From positions 1 through 64,000 of the forward strand of contig CAVPLM010000019.1 of assembly GCA_963706025.1 (NCBI GenBank): a stretch of 64,000 nucleotides of DNA. Reading direction: 5' to 3'. This DNA is from an uncultured Actinomycetes bacterium (GTDB lineage: Bacteria; Actinomycetota; Thermoleophilia; RBG-16-64-13). Numbering within the stretch: position 1 is the stretch's first letter; every line of letters starts with the position of its first letter. A model generated the notes under the pieces. It saw only the letters and a program-made list of their open reading frames with translations. It ran no database searches and had not been told where the DNA came from. The position numbers and the translations under genes were made by a program. Of the stretch, positions 60,436-64,000 are shown piece by piece.

Positions 60436-63038
60436 CAAGACGGTTCTGAAGGGCCTGGGTCAGTGCTCCTTCACCCGGAACGGCGACCCGGCGGCCATCG
60501 ACGTCAAGGACGGCAAGATACTGCGCATCCGGCCCCTTCATTTCGAGGACAAGTACACCAAGGAAGAGATCAAGCCCTGGCGGATCGAGAAGGACGGCAA
60601 GGTCCTCGAACCCCAGCTCAAGAGCTACCTGGCCCCCTACATGCTCGCCTACAAGAAGCGCGTCTACTCCCCCAACCGGATCCTCTATCCCCTCATCAGG
60701 GAAGACTGGGACCTCCGAACGGCCGGCGGCGCAACGAGGAGAACCGGGGCAAGAGCAAGTACAGGCGCATCTCCTGGGACGAGGCGACCGACCTCATCGC
60801 CGCCGAGATCAAGCGCGTCCGCGAGACCTACGGGCCCTACGCCGTTCTCTGCCACGGCGACGGCCACGGCGAGACCAAGATGGTGCACGGTCCCCACTCC
60901 TGCCAGATGCTCCTCATGGAGAAGGTGGGCGGCTACACCCAGGCCGTCCGCAACGCCGACAGCTGGGAGGGCTGGTACTGGGGCGCCGAGCACGTGTGGG
61001 GCGAGGGCGTCCAGGGTCACAGCAGCCGACGCCGACAACGTGCTCAACGACATCACCCAGAACACCCAGATGCTGATCGCCATCGGCTGCGACCTCGAGA
61101 CCACGCCCTGGGGCTTCGGCGGCCAGTTCCCCAGCAACGTCTGCTACTTCTGGAACGACATCGGCATCAAGCAGATCTCCATCGCCCCCGACCTCAACTA
61201 CTACGCCGGCGTCCACGCCGACAAGTGGATCCCCATCCTGCCCAACACCGACGCCGCCCTGCATCTGGCCATCGCCTACACCTGGATCAAGGAGGGCACC
61301 TACGACAAGGAGTACGTCGACACCCACGTGGTCGGTTTCGAGCCGTTCCGAGCCTACGTGATGGGCGAGGAAGACGGCGTGCCCAAGACCCCGGAGTGGG
61401 CGGCCGAGAAGACCGGCGTCTCCGAATGGACCATCAAGGCGCTGGCCCGCCAGTGGGCGGAGCAGGTCACCTCCACGCTGCACTACTACGGCGGCTCCTA
61501 CATCCGCGGCCCTTACTGCCACGAGCCGGCGCGCCTGGAGTGTCTGCCTCGTGGGCATGCAGGGGATGGGCAAGCCCGGCGTGCACGTCTACAACAAGAT
61601 GGCCGACGGGCTGACCCAGCTCGACCTGCCCCGGCCGGAGATAGCTGCTCAAGCTGGACGTCATCCGCAGCAAGGTGTGGAGCGGCCGTCCGCTGCTCGA
61701 GCTCACGCCCGCAGATCATCCCCAAGACCCAACTCCACCAGGCCATCCTCGACGGCCGCCGGTGAGTCGTGGGGCAGCACCTCGCTCTACGCGCACATCG
61801 ACGATCAGTTCAAGAAGTACACCTATCCCATCCCCAAGGAAGAGGGCGGCAGCGAGGTCCACATGATGTGGATGGACAACCCCTGCCGCAGCACCTGCTG
61901 GAACAACAGCATGGAGTCCATCCAGGCCTTCCGCAGCCCCAAGCTGGAGATGCATCGTGGTGCAGCACCCCTGGCTGGAGAACGACACCATCTACGCCGA
62001 CATCATCCTGCCCATCAACACCAAGCTCGAAGAGCGAGGACTTCGCCCAGATCTCGCAGCGCCTCGCCCCTGAAGGGCATCGCCATCGAGGAGCAGGCCA
62101 TCGAGCCGCTGGGCGAATCGCTGAGCGACTACGAGGCCGCCGGCGAGGTGGCCAAGAAGCTGGGCCTCTACGAGGAGTACACCGACGGCATGACCGTGCG
62201 ACGAGAAGATCAAGTGGGGCTACGAGGTCTCGGGTTGCGCCGAAGCCATCAGCTGGGACGAGCTCGAACGAGAAGGGCTACTACTACATCCCCACCGAGG
62301 ACGACTGGGAGAAGTACCCGGCCGGCATGCGGCTCTTCTACGAAGATCCCGAGAAGCCAATCCCTTGAAGACCCCCACCGGCAAGCTGGAGTTCTTCTCC
62401 CAGCGCCTGGCCGACCATTTCCCCGACGACGAGGAACGTCCGCCCTATCCCAAGTGGATCGAGAAGGGCCCCAGCCACGACGAGCGCCTCTCCAGCGAGC
62501 GGGCGAAGAAGTATCCGCTCCTCCTGGTGAGCAACCACGCCCGCTGGAGGACCCATGCCGAGAACGACGACATCACCTGGACCCGGGAGATCCGCACCTG
62601 CAAGGTCAAGGGCTACGACGGCTACATGTACGAGCCGGTGTGGATCCATCCCGACGATGCCGCGGCCCGAGGCATCAAGGACGGCGACATCGTCAAGCTC
62701 ATCAACGAGCGGGGCACCGTTCTGGGCGGCGCCTCGTGTGGGAGCGCATCATGCCGGGCGTCACCTACCAGGATCACGGGGCCCGGGCCGACATGATCTC
62801 GCACCGAGGCCGGCAACTCCATCGACCGCGGCGGGGCGAACAACCTCATCTCCCCGGCCAACGGCACCTCCCAGAACTGCTGGGGCATGGCCACGAGCGG
62901 CTTCCTGGTCGACGTGCAGAAGGTGACCATGGCCGAGATGGAGGAGTGGCGGGAGAAGTATCCCTGAGGCCTTCAAGCGGGACTACGCGCCGGCCGCGGG
63001 TCTGCGCTTACACGAGCTGGATCAGAGGAGAGGAGTAG
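60407..63038 (+). CDS. Molybdopterin oxidoreductase large subunit, pyrogallol transhydroxylase family (many frameshifts)
   Basis: DVKDGKILRIRP, RISWDEATD, NADSWEGWYWG, AIAYTWIKEGTYDKEY, DGVPKTPEWA, MQGMGKPG, TPTGKLEF, YEPVWIHPDDA. No Tat signal or N-terminal 4-Cys motif seen. Confidence 0.85.
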
Positions 63039-63040
63039 TC

Positions 63041-63899
63041 GTGGGCAAGAAGGTCTTCATCGTCGACATAGCCCGCTGCAACGGTTGCTATTGCTGCCAG
63101 ATCGCCTGCAAGGACGAGCACGTGGGCAACGACTGGTCGCCGTACGCCAAGCCGCAGCCCGACACCGGCCAGTTCTGGCTGCAAGCTGAACGAGTACGTG
63201 CGCGGCACCGTGCCCAAGGTGAAGCTCCACTACGTGGCGGTGCCCTGCCAGCACTGCGACCGAGGCCCCCTGCCTCGAGGCCTGCCCGGTCGAGGGCGCC
63301 ATCTACAAGCGCGAAGACGGCCTGGTCATCATCGACCCCCAGAAGTGCACCGGCTGCCGAGAGTGCCTGCTCTCCTGCCCGTACGACGCCCTCTTCTTCA
63401 ACGACGACCTCAACATCGCGCAGAAGTGCACCGGTTGCGCCCACCTGCTCGACGAGGGCTGGACCGTGCCCCGCTGCGTGGACATCTGCCCCACCGGGCG
63501 CGATCAAGTTCGGCGACGAGTCCGAGTTCGCCGCCGAGATCGCCAAGGCCACCCTGCTCGGGCCCGGCGGACGAGACCAAGCCGCGCGTCTACTACCTGA
63601 ACATGCCCAAGCGATTCATCGGCGGCCTGGTCTACGACCCGGTCGAGAAGGAGATCGTCGAGGGGCGCACGCTGCACTCTGGTCGACGCCGACCGGCGAG
63701 AAGCGGTCGTGACCGAGACCGATGGCTTCGGCGACTTCTGGTTCAAGGATCTGGAGGAAGGAACGTTCTCGCTCACCATCGAGGCGGAGGGTTTCGCTCC
63801 CGTCGGACATACGCATCGCTGGACACCAGCGACGACGTCAACCTGGGCGAGATCGCATTGGCAAAGCAAGGGCCCGTACCCCTTGCCGGTTTTCGCTGA
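63041..63899 (+). CDS. 4Fe-4S small subunit of the molybdoenzyme with C-terminal beta-sandwich domain (frameshifts)
   Basis: CNGCYCCQIACKDEH, CQHC, CTGCRECLLSCP, CTGCAHLLD..PRCVDICP, TKPRVYY, TDGFGDFWF, VNLGEIAL. Confidence 0.88.
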
Positions 63900-64000
63900 C
63901 CCGGGCGGGAAGCATCGGCAGACTGCGTGTCTTAGAGCCAAGCAGGCGCCCGGTGACGGCTGCGCATGCCTAAGCGGCCTGACCTCCCCCAAGTGCTTCC

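Noticed and set aside
60407-63899. Programmed frameshifting or true pseudogenisation of the molybdoenzyme operon
   Set aside because: There are too many shifts with no consistent slippery site, and motifs are intact; sequencing error is simpler.

Overview
GC-rich bacterial window, most likely from a monoderm actinobacterium; a Thermoleophilia-like lineage is my inference from SLH proteins, Thr-rich linkers and an actinobacterial-type Pho box. In order it contains: (1) a phoR/phoP pair divergent from pstSCAB-phoU, with three 11-bp Pho-box units between them; (2) an SLH-anchored cell-wall hydrolase, a 7TM-PAS-GGDEF-EAL protein, and a LolA-like/ABC module with a divergent two-component system; (3) divergent glgP and malQ; (4) a ~36 kb Wzx/Wzy-type surface polysaccharide locus (22.3-58.1 kb); (5) a decayed mobile-element scar with two ~145-bp degenerate repeats, each starting with a tRNA-fMet anticodon-arm fragment, flanking an excisionase-like HTH gene, next to an rmlB C-terminal remnant; (6) a stand-alone pyruvate-kinase-C-terminal-domain gene and a two-subunit molybdoenzyme of the pyrogallol transhydroxylase family. 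The polysaccharide locus holds a CDP/C-methyl branched-sugar cassette, a pyruvyltransferase, and three paralogous exported beta-helix proteins with different anchors, the largest behind a clear c-di-GMP-I riboswitch. That riboswitch-gated beta-helix set is the best candidate for an undescribed system. Many genes carry single-base frameshifts, densest after ~51.5 kb; these look like sequencing errors. No CRISPR array, rRNA or intact tRNA was seen. All family calls are from motif recognition by eye; no searches were run.
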